The notes beneath the pieces are model-generated. The model did not search any database. It was given only the letters and a program-made list of their open reading frames with translations, and had not been told where the DNA came from. Of a DNA stretch of 64,000 nt, positions 19,623-29,252 are shown in pieces. A program made the position numbers and the translations under genes. How positions within the stretch are numbered: the stretch's first letter is position 1; every line of letters starts with the position of its first letter. The stretch is from assembly GCA_965223265.1 (NCBI GenBank), contig OZ244999.1, forward strand, positions 7,200,001 through 7,264,000. Reading direction: 5' to 3'. Origin of the DNA: Planctomycetota bacterium (GTDB lineage Bacteria; Planctomycetota; UBA8108; SXIK01).

Positions 19623-19653
19623 CTTCCCGACGAACGTCGGGGGTTCGTTCTCT
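19623..19653 (+). terminator. Putative intrinsic terminator with no upstream + strand CDS
   Basis: TTCCCGACG-AA-CGTCGGGGG followed by TTCGTTCTCT. Confidence 0.45.
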
Positions 19654-19764
19654 CACAAGCACGTCCGGAGCCCGCGAGCGGGGAGACGGCTCGCAATTGG
19701 ACGCTACGGCACGCAAGATGGAGCCGCGCTTGAAGAAAAGCGCACTGCCGCCGTCTTATGCTAA

Positions 19765-19920
19765 CAGCCCGTTGAAAAAATCATTCGGCTGAGAAACCGG
19801 CCTCTTCACGCCCAGATCAGCCGCGGCGAGCCTCGCCGTTAGAGATTACCTGCGTCGCCGCGGCTGATCTGAAAGCGAAGCGACCAGTTTTCAGCTCGAA
19901 GCACTTTTTCAGGCAGGCTG
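19765..19920 (+). mobile_element. Fold-back MITE (family 1), 156 bp
   Basis: Ends CAGCCCGTTGAAAAA...TTTTTCAGGCAGGCTG. Imperfectly palindromic along its whole length. Homologous copies at 50333 and 57880. Confidence 0.85.
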
Positions 19921-20012
19921 CTACGAGCTGGGTGCTGTCGAAGCCGCGACGTGCGGAGGGCTTCCCGGCCGACAACCACGAGGCGGGCGAATCACCTGGA
20001 GGAGAAGCTGCG

Positions 20013-20696
20013 ATGTCCACAACCCGATCGCGCCATGCCAAGACTACCCTGACCGCGCTTGCTGCCGCCGCCTTCCTTGCCGGTCTCGGGATCGCGAACG
20101 CGCAGGACTACTATCAGACCGCCTACTACCCGCACGAGCACTACTTCAGCGTCGGCATTCGCGCGGGCGGCATGGTTCTGACTGACGAAGACGCGCGCGA
20201 CATCTACGACGACGGAGTCGGCACGTTCGGCCTCGATTTTCACTTTCACTTCTTTGATTGGCCGCTGGCGACCCGAGGCAGCTTCGACTTCTCTGCCGGT
20301 GACGGCGATCCGAACGAGTCTCTTCCAGGTGTTCTCGACACCGACGCCGACCTTTTCCTCTTCAACAGCCGCTTGTCGCTCGTGCTGGAACCACCACCGG
20401 GATTCTGGGGCAGCCCGAACGGTGACTTCTACGTCACCCCGTACATCGGAGCTGGAGTCGGCCTACACTACGTTGAGGAAGATGTGGATCGTCTGACAAC
20501 GTTCGGCATCACCCACGACGACGACTCCGACGCCAACATCGGTTTTCACCTCGTTGGGGGTATCGATTTCACGTTCGCCGAGCACTACGCGGCCGGCCTC
20601 GAAGTGCTCTACGTGCACTCTAATCTCGACAGCACCTTTAGCAGCGTCGAATTCGATGGCATCGGCATCATGGCAACGTTCAAGCTCAAGTTTTAG
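20013..20696 (+). CDS. Outer-membrane beta-barrel protein (OmpA-like, probably 8-stranded)
   Basis: RBS GGAGGAG, signal peptide ending ANA, PYIGAGVG strand and C-terminal Phe. Confidence 0.85.
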   Translation: MSTTRSRHAKTTLTALAAAAFLAGLGIANAQDYYQTAYYPHEHYFSVGIRAGGMVLTDEDARDIYDDGVGTFGLDFHFHFFDWPLATRGSFDFSAGDGDPNESLPGVLDTDADLFLFNSRLSLVLEPPPGFWGSPNGDFYVTPYIGAGVGLHYVEEDVDRLTTFGITHDDDSDANIGFHLVGGIDFTFAEHYAAGLEVLYVHSNLDSTFSSVEFDGIGIMATFKLKF

Positions 20697-20703
20697 CCCA
20701 GCG

Positions 20704-22020
20704 CTAGCTCAAGAGGCTCCGCAGCCGCGAAAGCTCTCCCAACGTGATGCCCCAGCCGACGACGATGCTGACGACGACCGCAAAGGCATCGAGCGCAAGG
20801 AGCACCAGACCGTGAAGCGAACGCGGCGAGGAGCGGAAGTAGCCCATATCGCGGCGGCTGACGCGCCAAAAGAGGGCGATCGCAACGACGGGAAACACGA
20901 ACGCCAAGAACGCTGAGAAGATGCGAATGCCGTAGAATGGGTTAACCCGAAGCAGCAGGATCGCAACCGAACTCGCCGCGAAGATCAGCAGCGCGGCGCG
21001 AAACGGCGGCGAGCGCATCTCGAGGCGCAGGTTACCGAAGTCCAAGACGGCGTAGGCACCGCAAACAAGCCAACCGATTCCGGCTGTCCAGGCGGCGAGA
21101 AAGAGTCCAATCGGGAAACAGAGCGCAGCGGTCGAACCAGCGACGGGCTCAAGCAAAGCGGCGAACTCCATGTAGTTCTCGGGGACGATGCCGAACGGCC
21201 GGGCGACCGCAGCGGCAGCGGCCATGAGCGGCAGAGCGACGATGCCGGCCGCGGCGATGCCGACGGCGTAGTCAAGCCGTGAGCGCTTGAGGATCGCCAA
21301 CTTGCCGTCGAGGCGCTTCGAGAACCAGCCCTTTTCGAGCATGGTGTAAGGATAGATGAGAATCAACCATGCGTTGATGAGGCTGCCGGCGTTCTGCTGC
21401 AGCAGACGTTTTGCCGCGTCAGTCGGCGCCGGAATGCCGGGGATCAGCCCCGCAAAAGCCTGACGCCAAGGCGTCTCACCGAGCGACTGGCTAGCTGCCG
21501 CGGCAGCGGCGGCGAATAGGACGACCAGCAGCAGAAGCGCGACCGCGAAGAAAAGCTCGAGACGCGCATACACGCCGCATATCAGAACGACGATGGCGCC
21601 GACGCACGCCAGGGCACCCCCGAGTTCGATTGGAACGCTCGGAAAGAGCCCACCGAAGACGCGCGCGCACGCGTTCCACTGCGAGTAGGCACCGAGAGTC
21701 GTCGTCACGATCACGGTGAGCCACAGGTACGCAGCCAGCGTCGGGTGCAGCTCCTTGAAGAGCGAAACCGGCGTCCGTCCGAAACGCAGGTAGTAGCGCA
21801 CACTCATGTCCATGAGCGACCAGCCGGCAAGCCCAAGGACGAAGTAGGACCACCATAGGTCGAAGCCGAAAACGGCTCCCATGCGCGTCGCGATCGTGAT
21901 GTCGGCCGTACCGATGTAGAAGGATGCGACGAGCGCGCCGGCGCCGACGCCGAAGACTGCGCGCCATGGAAGGCTCGGCGCACGTCGGCTCCACGGGACT
22001 ACTTCGTTTGACTCCACCAC
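20704..22020 (-). CDS. NRAMP-related transporter (APC/LeuT fold)
   Basis: About 11 TM helices. TM1 region FYIGTADITIATRMGAVFGFDLWW resembles the NRAMP family. Confidence 0.7.
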   Translation of the reverse strand: MVESNEVVPWSRRAPSLPWRAVFGVGAGALVASFYIGTADITIATRMGAVFGFDLWWSYFVLGLAGWSLMDMSVRYYLRFGRTPVSLFKELHPTLAAYLWLTVIVTTTLGAYSQWNACARVFGGLFPSVPIELGGALACVGAIVVLICGVYARLELFFAVALLLLVVLFAAAAAAASQSLGETPWRQAFAGLIPGIPAPTDAAKRLLQQNAGSLINAWLILIYPYTMLEKGWFSKRLDGKLAILKRSRLDYAVGIAAAGIVALPLMAAAAAVARPFGIVPENYMEFAALLEPVAGSTAALCFPIGLFLAAWTAGIGWLVCGAYAVLDFGNLRLEMRSPPFRAALLIFAASSVAILLLRVNPFYGIRIFSAFLAFVFPVVAIALFWRVSRRDMGYFRSSPRSLHGLVLLALDAFAVVVSIVVGWGITLGELSRLRSLLS

Positions 22021-22700
22021 GATTCCTCTGCGCTAGGCAACTGGGGGTCGTGCGGCCGACGCCACGATCCCACCGCGGCGTAGCGTTTGAGAAAGAGTGC
22101 GAACGCTGGTAACGCTAAAAGGGCCATCGCCGCAGGCACCAAGATGGACCAGATTCCGCGCGCAACGGCAGCTCCTCGAATCGTCGTCACCGGAATCGTC
22201 AAGATCGAGCTCTCGCCGCCGCTCGCCAGGTGCAAGCTGAACTCATAACTGGCCGGGGCCAGCTCGGCGTCGGCGCGCAGCGACGCGAACGCAAGCCGTG
22301 TGGCCTCGCCGTTGGCAACGCGCACTTGTTGACGCCGTTTCAACGTCAACGCTTCGCCCTTGAACTCCGACGGCGTCGTGAGCTCAGCACTCACGGTGGC
22401 GTCCTCGGTACCATCAGCGGTCAAGACGATGAGAATGCTCACCACCTCACCCTGTGGCGCCCAATCAGGCGTCATAACCCGGTAGCCGACGCCGCCAACG
22501 ACGCCCGTCTCAATGGTCGCAGCCAGAGGTGTAGTCGCAAGAGCAGCTGCAAGAAGAACAACGACGAGATGCGTCAAACGATGACAAGGGCGTCTTTGCC
22601 GCCACGAGCGTCCGCAGGGGAAGAAGGAAGTCGTGAGAAACGAACACCGAGTCGAGGAAGCAGCGACCTCGTTCGCGATTTGTCGGTTCACGCCAGACAC
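21999..22700 (-). CDS. Hypothetical exported protein with C-terminal TM anchor
   Basis: Signal-like hydrophobic stretch, beta-rich core and C-terminal TM. Overlaps the transporter start; true start uncertain. Confidence 0.6.
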   Translation of the reverse strand: MSGVNRQIANEVAASSTRCSFLTTSFFPCGRSWRQRRPCHRLTHLVVVLLAAALATTPLAATIETGVVGGVGYRVMTPDWAPQGEVVSILIVLTADGTEDATVSAELTTPSEFKGEALTLKRRQQVRVANGEATRLAFASLRADAELAPASYEFSLHLASGGESSILTIPVTTIRGAAVARGIWSILVPAAMALLALPAFALFLKRYAAVGSWRRPHDPQLPSAEESWWSQTK

Positions 22701-22779
22701 CTCGAATCAACTTGCATCGCCGTTTGGGGATCGCGAGAATTGCACATGTTTGTATGCTGCCATCTCCAAGGAAGGGTCC

Positions 22780-25581
22780 ATGACACGCCGAACGCAGCCG
22801 ACTCGCCGGTCGTTATGCTACAGGCTTTTGTTCATTCTCAACATAACGTTCGGCCTGGGAATCTCGGCCGTCGGAGTTGACGCGAGCGACGTCGCGACGC
22901 CGGCGAGTGTGAACGTTGAGGCTGCTCTCAACGAGGCACGCGGTGATGCGAGCGGAAGAGCCCTCAAAGACTCAGATCAGAACGCAAAGCAGCGTTCAGA
23001 ACCAGGTTCTGTGGTAGAGGCAACCGATGCCGACGAATCCCTCGCCCCGAACGCTGTCAAAGGTGGACGCGGCTTCTGGGCGTTCCGCCCACCGCTCGAT
23101 CCAGAACCACCGACTGTACGCGAATCCTCGTGGGCGCGAAATGGGCTCGATCTTTTCATCCTCCGTCACCTCGAACGCGCGCAACTCTCTCCGGCACCTC
23201 CGGCAACACGTCGAGACTTCCTCCGCCGAGCCACGTTCGATCTGACCGGCTTGCCGCCGACGCCAAGTGAAGTCGAGAGCTTTCTGGCGGACGACGACCC
23301 AGGCGCAAGCGAACGCCTCGTCGACCGACTTCTCGCCTCGCCGCGTTACGGGGAACGTTGGGGGCGCCACTGGCTGGACACCGTACGCTACGCTGACTCC
23401 AACGGCCTCGATGAAAACATCGCGCACGGAAACATCTGGCGCTACCGCGACTACGTCATCGACGCGCTCAACGTCGACAAGCCGTACGACACGTTCGTTA
23501 TGGAGCAGCTCGCCGGCGATCTGCTCGCTGACGACCACGGCGACATGGCGCGGCGGCGGGAACAGCTCATAGCGACGGGCTTCCTTGCGATGGGTCCGAA
23601 GGTGCTCGCCGAAAGTGACAAGAAAAAAATGGAGATGGACATCATCGATGAGCAGATCGATTCGCTGGGTCGCACCTTCATGGCATTAACACTCGGCTGC
23701 GCGCGCTGTCACGATCACAAGTTCGACCCGATCGCCACGGAGGACTACTACGCGCTGGCGGGAATCTTCAAAAGCACGAAGACCATGGAGAGCTTGAAGA
23801 CGATCGCCCGCTGGCACGAAAACTCTCTCGCAACCCCTGAGGAGGAGCAGCAGCACAGAAAACTCGCGGCAGACATCACGCAGCGCCAATCGGTTGTTGA
23901 CGAGGTCGTCAAGGAGTCCAACAGTGAGCTGCAGGAGAGCATCGTTTCGCGCCTGGACGAGTACCTCTTGGCGGCGGCTGAGATCGACACCGATGACGTT
24001 GACGGCAGCATCGACCGACTCGCAAAAGAGCGAGGGCTGGTGCCGTTTATCCTAGCGAACTGGCGCAAGTATCTCGCCAGTGTTCGCAACGACGACACGT
24101 CGATCTTCGTCGTTTGGCAAGCTGTCGCGTCGGGCATTGACTCGGCATCGATCGACACCGCTGCAGTATTCGCAGAGGCCGGCGGCGAGCTCTTCTCATC
24201 GACCGACCTGGCGACACTGCAGTCGATCGCGGCGCGCTACCAATCGCTTTTCGCCGCCGCACGAGCTCAGAACGCGGAAGCAACCGCTGAAAAACAGTCC
24301 AGCGCACCGGCAACGACAACCGCAGAGACCACAAACGATCGCACCGAAGCACAGAGCTCCGACCCGCTCACACCTTTTCGGACTCTGCTGGTCGACGGGG
24401 GCGGTCCATTCTCAATCCCTTCGTCAGTGACGGCGCAAGAGATCGAGCGCCACTACCCGCAAAGTGTCCGCGACTCCCTCAAAGCGAAACGCGAGACGAT
24501 CCAGAAACTGAGCGAGGCTCTCCCTGTGCTGCCGTCAGCCATGGGCGTCGCCGCCGGCGAGGTCACGGATCTTCCGGTTCATATTCGCGGCAGCCATCTC
24601 GCTCTCGGCAAGGTCGTACCACGGCGGTTTCCCGCGGTGCTCGACGAGCGCCAGCAGCAACTTCCGAAGACGACGAGCGGCCGACTTGAGCTAGCCGCGT
24701 GGCTCGCGAATCGTCGTCACCCTCTGACCGCGCGGGTCCTCGTCAATCGCCTCTGGCGCTGGCACTTCGGACGCGGATTGGTCGCCACACCTGACAACTT
24801 CGGTACGCGAGGCCAGACGCCGACCAACCAGGACCTTCTCGATTGGCTGACCCATCGCTTGATCGAAGCTGACTGGTCGATCAAGGCGATGCACAAGATC
24901 ATCATGCTCTCGAGTACTTATGCGATGAGCAGTCAGTACGACGCAAACGCCGCGGAGACAGATCCCGACAACACGCTGCTGTGGCGTGCGCCCGTTCGGC
25001 GCCTCGAAGCCGAAGCGATACGCGACTCGCTGCTCGCGGTGAGTGGCCGCCTCGATCTGCAAATGGGCGGCTCTCTGCTCCACGTAGATAACAGGAAGTT
25101 TCTCTTCGATCACACGTCGAAGGACAAGACGACGTATACGGCGGTGCGACGTTCGCTCTATCTTCCGGTCATTCGCAATCACCTCTACGATTTCTTCTCT
25201 CTCTACGATTTTCCCGACCCTGCAGTGCCGAGCGGCGATCGCTCGACCACGACCGTAGCGCCGCAGGCCTTGTTTCTGATGAACAGCCCGTTGGTGCGCG
25301 AAAGCGCCGAGGCGCTCGCGAGGTCAATGATCGACAGCCATTCGAGCGACCGGGAGCGCATCGCACAACTCTATGTGACACTCTTCGGCCGCGAGCCTAA
25401 GGCCCCGGAACTCAAGTCGGCGCTCGCATTCCTCGGTGCGAACACACCGACCGACGTAGCTTCAGGGCGTGCCAAAGCAAACACAGCACCTCGGACGTCG
25501 AAACAAAGCGGCCGGCTCAAAGCATGGACAGCCCTAGTGCAAGCTCTTCTCTGCACGAATGAGTTCGTCTACCTGAAATGA
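22780..25581 (+). CDS. DUF1549/DUF1553 (PSD1) planctomycete protein
   Basis: RRATFDLTGLPP, YGERWGRHWLD, CARCHDHKFDP, TARVLVNRLW, RLEAEAIRD and QALFLMN. Confidence 0.93.
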   Translation: MTRRTQPTRRSLCYRLLFILNITFGLGISAVGVDASDVATPASVNVEAALNEARGDASGRALKDSDQNAKQRSEPGSVVEATDADESLAPNAVKGGRGFWAFRPPLDPEPPTVRESSWARNGLDLFILRHLERAQLSPAPPATRRDFLRRATFDLTGLPPTPSEVESFLADDDPGASERLVDRLLASPRYGERWGRHWLDTVRYADSNGLDENIAHGNIWRYRDYVIDALNVDKPYDTFVMEQLAGDLLADDHGDMARRREQLIATGFLAMGPKVLAESDKKKMEMDIIDEQIDSLGRTFMALTLGCARCHDHKFDPIATEDYYALAGIFKSTKTMESLKTIARWHENSLATPEEEQQHRKLAADITQRQSVVDEVVKESNSELQESIVSRLDEYLLAAAEIDTDDVDGSIDRLAKERGLVPFILANWRKYLASVRNDDTSIFVVWQAVASGIDSASIDTAAVFAEAGGELFSSTDLATLQSIAARYQSLFAAARAQNAEATAEKQSSAPATTTAETTNDRTEAQSSDPLTPFRTLLVDGGGPFSIPSSVTAQEIERHYPQSVRDSLKAKRETIQKLSEALPVLPSAMGVAAGEVTDLPVHIRGSHLALGKVVPRRFPAVLDERQQQLPKTTSGRLELAAWLANRRHPLTARVLVNRLWRWHFGRGLVATPDNFGTRGQTPTNQDLLDWLTHRLIEADWSIKAMHKIIMLSSTYAMSSQYDANAAETDPDNTLLWRAPVRRLEAEAIRDSLLAVSGRLDLQMGGSLLHVDNRKFLFDHTSKDKTTYTAVRRSLYLPVIRNHLYDFFSLYDFPDPAVPSGDRSTTTVAPQALFLMNSPLVRESAEALARSMIDSHSSDRERIAQLYVTLFGREPKAPELKSALAFLGANTPTDVASGRAKANTAPRTSKQSGRLKAWTALVQALLCTNEFVYLK

Positions 25582-27095
25582 AAAACACCAAGACAGAGCT
25601 GCGCCGATCGGATGGCGACCCAGGACTTCACAGCGGTCTGACACGTCACGCCGTCTCCCGCCGCTCCCTCCTGCGCCAGTCGGCTCTCGGGTTCGGCCAC
25701 TTGGCCTTTCTCTCGCTGCTGGCTGACGAAGCTGTGGCGACGAACCCGCCAGGCGGCTCCCGCAAAGCGAAAGCTACCAAGGATACGGTAGAAGCGGATG
25801 GACCGCTAGCGCCGCGTCCGCCGCACGTGCCGGCACGCGCGAAGCGAGTCATCTTTCTCTTCATGAAGGGTGGCCCATCGCACATCGACACGTTCGACCA
25901 GAAGCCTCGCCTTGATCGCGACCATGGTAAGGAGCTGCCATTCGCGAAGCCGCGGGTTCAGTTCGCAACCACTGGAAAGCTTCTGAAATCGCCGTGGGAG
26001 TTTCGTCGCTACGGCGACAGTGGCATTCCCGTCAGCGAGCTTTTTCCAAATGTTGCGCGCCACGTCGATGACATCTGTTTTTTGAACTCACTTCACGGCT
26101 CCAACGCCGCCCACGGGGGCGCTTGCCTCAAAATTCACACCGGCAGCGATAACTTCGTGCGGCCAAGCATGGGAGCGTGGGTAACGTACGGTCTTGGCTC
26201 GGAGAACCAGGACCTGCCTGGGTTCGTTACCATTTGCCCAACGCTTGCTCACGGTGGCGTCAACAACTGGGGAGCCGCGTTCTTGCCAGCACAGTTTCAA
26301 GGCACACCGCTCGGTGTCGCGAGCCAGCCATCGACCGCGGCGAAGCTTCGCTACTCCGAGAACGACAGCATCGAGCCTGCGCTCCAGCGACGTCAACTCG
26401 ACCTTGTCGCAGCGCTCAACCGCGGCCACCTCTCTGAGACCGGCCCGCACCGAGAGCTCGAAGCTCGCATCAGCTCGTTCGAGCTCGCCTTTCGCATGCA
26501 GGGTGCTCTCCCGAAAGTGCTGGACATTACCGGCGAGACGGCTGCAACGCGGCGCCTTTACGGGCTGGATGATCCACTCTCGGCTGACTTTGGACGCCAG
26601 TGTTTGCTTGCCCGCCGCTTCGCCGAAAGCGGCGTTCGCTTCATTCAAGTCACCCATAGCGACGCCTTCGTGCAGTGGGACCAGCACGCCGACCTCGTCA
26701 AGGGCCACACGAAAAACTCGCGCGAGGTCGACCTCCCGATCGCCGGACTTCTCACCGACCTCAAGACGCGAGGCCTGCTCGAAGACACGCTTGTCCTATG
26801 GGGTGGAGAGTTTGGTCGCACCCCGACCGTGCAGGGAACCAACGGTCGCGATCACAATCCCGAAGGATTCACAATGTGGATGGCAGGCGGGGGCGTCCGC
26901 GGCGGCATGCGCTACGGCGCAACGGACGAGTTCGGCTACTATGCTGTCGAGAACAAGATGCACGTCAACGACCTGCACGCGACGATTCTCCACCTGCTCG
27001 GACTCGATCATGAACGGCTGACCTATCACCACGGCGGCCGTGACTTCCGTCTCACTGACGTCGCCGGCGACGTAGCACACGACATCATGGTCTGA
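25578..27095 (+). CDS. DUF1501 domain protein (Tat-exported)
   Basis: SRRSLL Tat motif, FMKGGPSHIDTFD, GGEFGRTP and GRDHN. ATGA overlap with the PSD1 gene. Confidence 0.93.
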   Translation: MKNTKTELRRSDGDPGLHSGLTRHAVSRRSLLRQSALGFGHLAFLSLLADEAVATNPPGGSRKAKATKDTVEADGPLAPRPPHVPARAKRVIFLFMKGGPSHIDTFDQKPRLDRDHGKELPFAKPRVQFATTGKLLKSPWEFRRYGDSGIPVSELFPNVARHVDDICFLNSLHGSNAAHGGACLKIHTGSDNFVRPSMGAWVTYGLGSENQDLPGFVTICPTLAHGGVNNWGAAFLPAQFQGTPLGVASQPSTAAKLRYSENDSIEPALQRRQLDLVAALNRGHLSETGPHRELEARISSFELAFRMQGALPKVLDITGETAATRRLYGLDDPLSADFGRQCLLARRFAESGVRFIQVTHSDAFVQWDQHADLVKGHTKNSREVDLPIAGLLTDLKTRGLLEDTLVLWGGEFGRTPTVQGTNGRDHNPEGFTMWMAGGGVRGGMRYGATDEFGYYAVENKMHVNDLHATILHLLGLDHERLTYHHGGRDFRLTDVAGDVAHDIMV

Positions 27096-27132
27096 GAACG
27101 GCCGCGTCGGCGACTCGCGCTCCGCGGCAAGT

Positions 27133-27456
27133 CTACGTACCGTACGCTTCGCCGCCGCAGATCGGACAGACCATTCGCTTCGACCAGCAGCGAACCGGGT
27201 GGGAACAACCTGGACACCGACCGCTCTGGCAAATCGGCACGTCGTCCGCCCAGTCTGGCTGGGTTGCGTCAGGCGTTGCAATGAAGTCTACGACCCAACC
27301 GCCCGCCTCAAGCTGGACGTCGGACAGGACAAAATGGCCCTGCCCGTCAGCGAAATCAGACGTCCGTCTGTCCCTGATAGCCTCGTAAAAAACTTCAGCG
27401 AATTGCCTATCGGTCAGGCCTGAAAGCCACTCAAGAAGCCGTTGACGTTCGCTCAT
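27133..27456 (-). CDS. Hypothetical protein with C-terminal zinc ribbon
   Basis: RBS GGAGTGG, 107 aa, CPGC-x11-CPIC. Confidence 0.65.
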   Translation of the reverse strand: MSERQRLLEWLSGLTDRQFAEVFYEAIRDRRTSDFADGQGHFVLSDVQLEAGGWVVDFIATPDATQPDWADDVPICQSGRCPGCSHPVRCWSKRMVCPICGGEAYGT

Positions 27457-27510
27457 GTTCGTTTTCCACTCCTCGAACTAGGCACCAGTCGACGACACAT
27501 TGTGTTCCCG

Positions 27511-28857
27511 CTACCCCAGCAGTCCGAGTCGCGCAGCAAGCACTGTGGCGACCGCCACGGGAATCACGACCACGATCAGAAACCACCACACCTGCGTCAC
27601 TCGCACCACGCCGCTGCCGACATTCGTTTCGTCGCGAAATCGCTCGAAGCCCCACGAGTACGCCGTGTAGAGCGCCAGTAGAAGCCCACCCACTGTGAGC
27701 AGGTAGCGTCCAGAGACAACATCCGCGAGTTCAAAGAAGTTCATTTCAAACAAACGAACGTCATTCCACGCGCCACTCGCCAAAACGACGGGAACGCCAC
27801 ACACGAAGAGCACGGCTGCGAGTGCCCATGTCGCGCGCTCGCGCCGCATGCCCAGGGAGTCGACCACAACAGACACCAGCACCTCGAAGAGCGCGATGGC
27901 CGACGTTAGGCCGGCGACGATCATGAGGAAGAAGAACAGGCAGCCAAAAACCTGACCAGCCGGCATGCGCTCGAAGAGGCTCGGCATGGTGACAAACAAG
28001 AGGCTGCTTCCTTGGTTCGGCTGGAGCCCGAGCGCAAAGATCGCGGGAAAAATCATCAGACCCGCGACGATTGCCACGACCGTGTCGAGCGCTGTGACCA
28101 ACAGGGCGTCGCCGGGGATGTCGCTTCGTTTCGCGTCGAGGTAGCTTCCGAAACCGAAAGCGGCGGCCATGCCGACCCCAATGGAGTAGAACGCCTGGCT
28201 CAGCGCGTCGAGCAGCATGCCCCAGCTCAACTCGGAGACGTCGGGTTGCAGATACCACCTAAGTCCGACCGCCGCCCCCGGCAGAGTGACCGCTCGGACG
28301 GCAATGATGCAAATGAGAACGAGCAGAAGCGGCATAGCGACCCCCGCCACACGCTCAAGCCCCTTCTGTAAGCCACGAGATACGATCGCCGCAAGAGCCG
28401 CGATCGTCAGAGCAAGATACGCTAGCACCGGTAGCGCCGATGACGTGAACGCCTCGTGGATCTCTTTGGCTGTCTCTGGCGTCACCCCAGCGTAGCCGCC
28501 GCTCACCATGCGCACGAACGAAGCGATGATCCAGGCGATCAGCATGGGGTAGTAGCTCATGATTAAGACCGCGGCGGCCGTACCACACCAGGCGATAAGG
28601 TTCCACGGGTGCAGCGCCCTGCCGGTCAAGTGCCGCATGCCGCTGAGTGGCGAGCGCTGCGATTTACGCCCCAGACTCATCTCTGCGACCAGCAGCGGCA
28701 TCGCGATCAGGAGTGCCATCGCGAGATAGGTGACAACAAAGATGGCGCCGCCGTTCTGGCCTGCGATGTAAGGAAAGCGCCAAATGTTACCGAGGCCCAC
28801 GGCGAACCCGGCGGTCGCCATGATGAACCCGAAGCGACTCTTCCAGCGCTCTCTCAT
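27511..28857 (-). CDS. Sodium-dependent transporter (NSS/SNF family)
   Basis: RERWKSRFGF, AVGLGNIWRFPY, QAFYSIGVG and multiple TM helices. Confidence 0.95.
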   Translation of the reverse strand: MRERWKSRFGFIMATAGFAVGLGNIWRFPYIAGQNGGAIFVVTYLAMALLIAMPLLVAEMSLGRKSQRSPLSGMRHLTGRALHPWNLIAWCGTAAAVLIMSYYPMLIAWIIASFVRMVSGGYAGVTPETAKEIHEAFTSSALPVLAYLALTIAALAAIVSRGLQKGLERVAGVAMPLLLVLICIIAVRAVTLPGAAVGLRWYLQPDVSELSWGMLLDALSQAFYSIGVGMAAAFGFGSYLDAKRSDIPGDALLVTALDTVVAIVAGLMIFPAIFALGLQPNQGSSLLFVTMPSLFERMPAGQVFGCLFFFLMIVAGLTSAIALFEVLVSVVVDSLGMRRERATWALAAVLFVCGVPVVLASGAWNDVRLFEMNFFELADVVSGRYLLTVGGLLLALYTAYSWGFERFRDETNVGSGVVRVTQVWWFLIVVVIPVAVATVLAARLGLLG

Positions 28858-28877
28858 CTTGCGAAGTCCTGCGTAAG

Positions 28878-29237
28878 CTCGAGTTTGACCATTCGGTGCA
28901 CCTAAGTGGCAGGCGCACTCCCCGGAGTGTGCCTGCTACTATAGACGCGAACCGTCGCCAACTCGATCTTCAAAGTAGCGGGCACACGCCAAGGCTGTGA
29001 AGTTTTGAAACTTGCCGTCGCAACTCACGGAAACCTCCGGAACGGCACACGGAGTGTGCCTGCTACTATAGACAACGGATCGACGCCAACACGATCTTCA
29101 GAGTAGCAGGCACACGCCGTGTGCCGTTCCGGACGTGAACTGACCGTGGACCGTGGTCGTGAGTTACGACGGCACGCTTAAAAATTTACAACCTCGGCGT
29201 GTGCCGTCGTAGGTGGACCGTGAGTCACGACGCCACG
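28878..29237. repeat. Cluster of GTAG-type REPs (BIME-like) preceded by a family-2 end sequence
   Basis: Inverted REP units GTAGCAGGCACAC/GTGTGCCTGCTAC at about 28906, 28926, 28975, 29043 and 29103. About 67-bp direct repeat at 28924 and 29051. Begins CTCGAGTTTGACCATTCGGTGCACC. Confidence 0.85.
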
Positions 29238-29252
29238 GGATCGAAAGCGCCC

